DNA from: PVC group bacterium
GTDB taxonomy: Bacteria; GCA-001730085; JADFSZ01
Reading direction: 5' to 3'
DNA: 15,918 nt
NCBI GenBank assembly: GCA_022560555.1
Contig: JADFSZ010000016.1
Span: 1-15,918, forward strand
Positions within the stretch are counted from its first letter, which is position 1. The number at the start of each line of letters is the position of its first letter. Both the position numbers and the translations under genes were made by a program. Of this stretch, positions 15,137 through 15,918 are shown piece after piece. The notes under the pieces were generated by a model. It searched no databases, was not told where the DNA came from, and worked only from the letters and a program-made list of their open reading frames with translations.

Positions 15137-15918
15137 ATGTTCTGGTTGTCGGCAGCGGAGGACGTGAACACACATTTGTTTGGAAACTTTATCAAAGCAA
15201 AAAAGTCAAAAAGATTTTTGCGGCTCCCGGAAACGCGGGTATGACCGCTCATGCAACATGTGTTTCGATTCAAGCGGATGATATACAAGGGCTTCTTAAA
15301 TTTGCGAAGGATAACATGATTGACATTACGATTGTCGGGCCTGAGTTGCCGTTGACATTAGGAATTGTTGATGAATTCCAAAAAAACAATTTACGCATAT
15401 TTGGTCCATCCAAAGCGGCCGCACAGCTTGAGGGGAGCAAAGTATTTTCCAAAGTCTTTATGAGTAAATACGGAATTCCAACGGCTCCATATGAGGTTTT
15501 TGATGATGTTGACGATGCACGGGTCTATATAGAAAAAGAAGCCTACCCTCTAGTGATTAAGGCTGACGGTTTAGCGGCCGGCAAGGGTGTTTATATCTGC
15601 ATGGGTAAGGCTGAGTCTCTCTCGGCGCTTGAAGAAATTATGGTGAAAAAAACATTTGGCGATGCCGGGGCACGAATTATTGTTGAGGAATGTTTGATGG
15701 GGCAAGAGGTCTCTATATTAGCTTTTTGTGACGGGAATACTGTAAAGATGATGGAGACAAGCCAAGATCACAAAAGGATTTTTAATAACGATGAAGGGCC
15801 CAATACCGGCGGCATGGGGGCCTACAGCCCGGCCGATTTGATTGATGACGCACAAATGAAGGAGATTTACGATCACGTTCTTGTTCCGGTTCTGGAAGGC
15901 ATGAAAGTCGAAGAATCA
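15133..15918 (+). CDS. purD: Phosphoribosylamine-glycine ligase, 5' partial (runs off the window)
   Basis: This frame is absent from the ORF track because it has no stop. My manual translation from ATG 15133 gives 262 codons with no stop. It reads MNVLVVGSGGREHTFVWKL..FAAPGNAGM..LVIKADGLAAGKGV..SQDHKRIFNNDEGPNTGGMGAYSPA, which are classic PurD motifs. The start overlaps the hisC stop (ATGA). Confidence 0.92.
   Translation, partial: MNVLVVGSGGREHTFVWKLYQSKKVKKIFAAPGNAGMTAHATCVSIQADDIQGLLKFAKDNMIDITIVGPELPLTLGIVDEFQKNNLRIFGPSKAAAQLEGSKVFSKVFMSKYGIPTAPYEVFDDVDDARVYIEKEAYPLVIKADGLAAGKGVYICMGKAESLSALEEIMVKKTFGDAGARIIVEECLMGQEVSILAFCDGNTVKMMETSQDHKRIFNNDEGPNTGGMGAYSPADLIDDAQMKEIYDHVLVPVLEGMKVEES

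Overview
This window comes from an AT-rich bacterium that appears to be diderm, since it encodes a TolC-like factor and an RND pump. From about 1370 to 15918 it is a dense run of housekeeping genes, all on the + strand. These are engB, a secreted TPR protein, a TauE/SafE permease, and a TolC-like outer-membrane factor translationally coupled to an AcrB-type RND pump with no adaptor gene. They are followed by nadE-trpS-scpA-scpB-pheA-hisC-purD (partial), with several 4-11 bp start/stop overlaps. The unusual part is the first ~1.35 kb, which is all on the minus strand. (1) A tRNA-Asn(GUU) gene has its anticodon split between U35 and U36 by a 216-nt ORF-less group I (IC3-like) intron. The intron has a complete readable core and a contiguous P10/P1 guide. 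(2) About 200 bp upstream on the same strand lies a free-standing 89-aa GIY-YIG nuclease gene. (3) That gene is bracketed by direct repeats built from hairpin modules with conserved stems and variable loops. (4) Each repeat begins with the 10-mer ATTCCCCTGT, which is also the exact 5' boundary of the tRNA. I read this as a candidate mobile GIY-YIG cassette associated with, or targeting, an intron-bearing tRNA gene. That reading is inference and needs comparative and experimental tests. I saw no CRISPR array, rRNA, transposase/integrase or recognisable defence genes.
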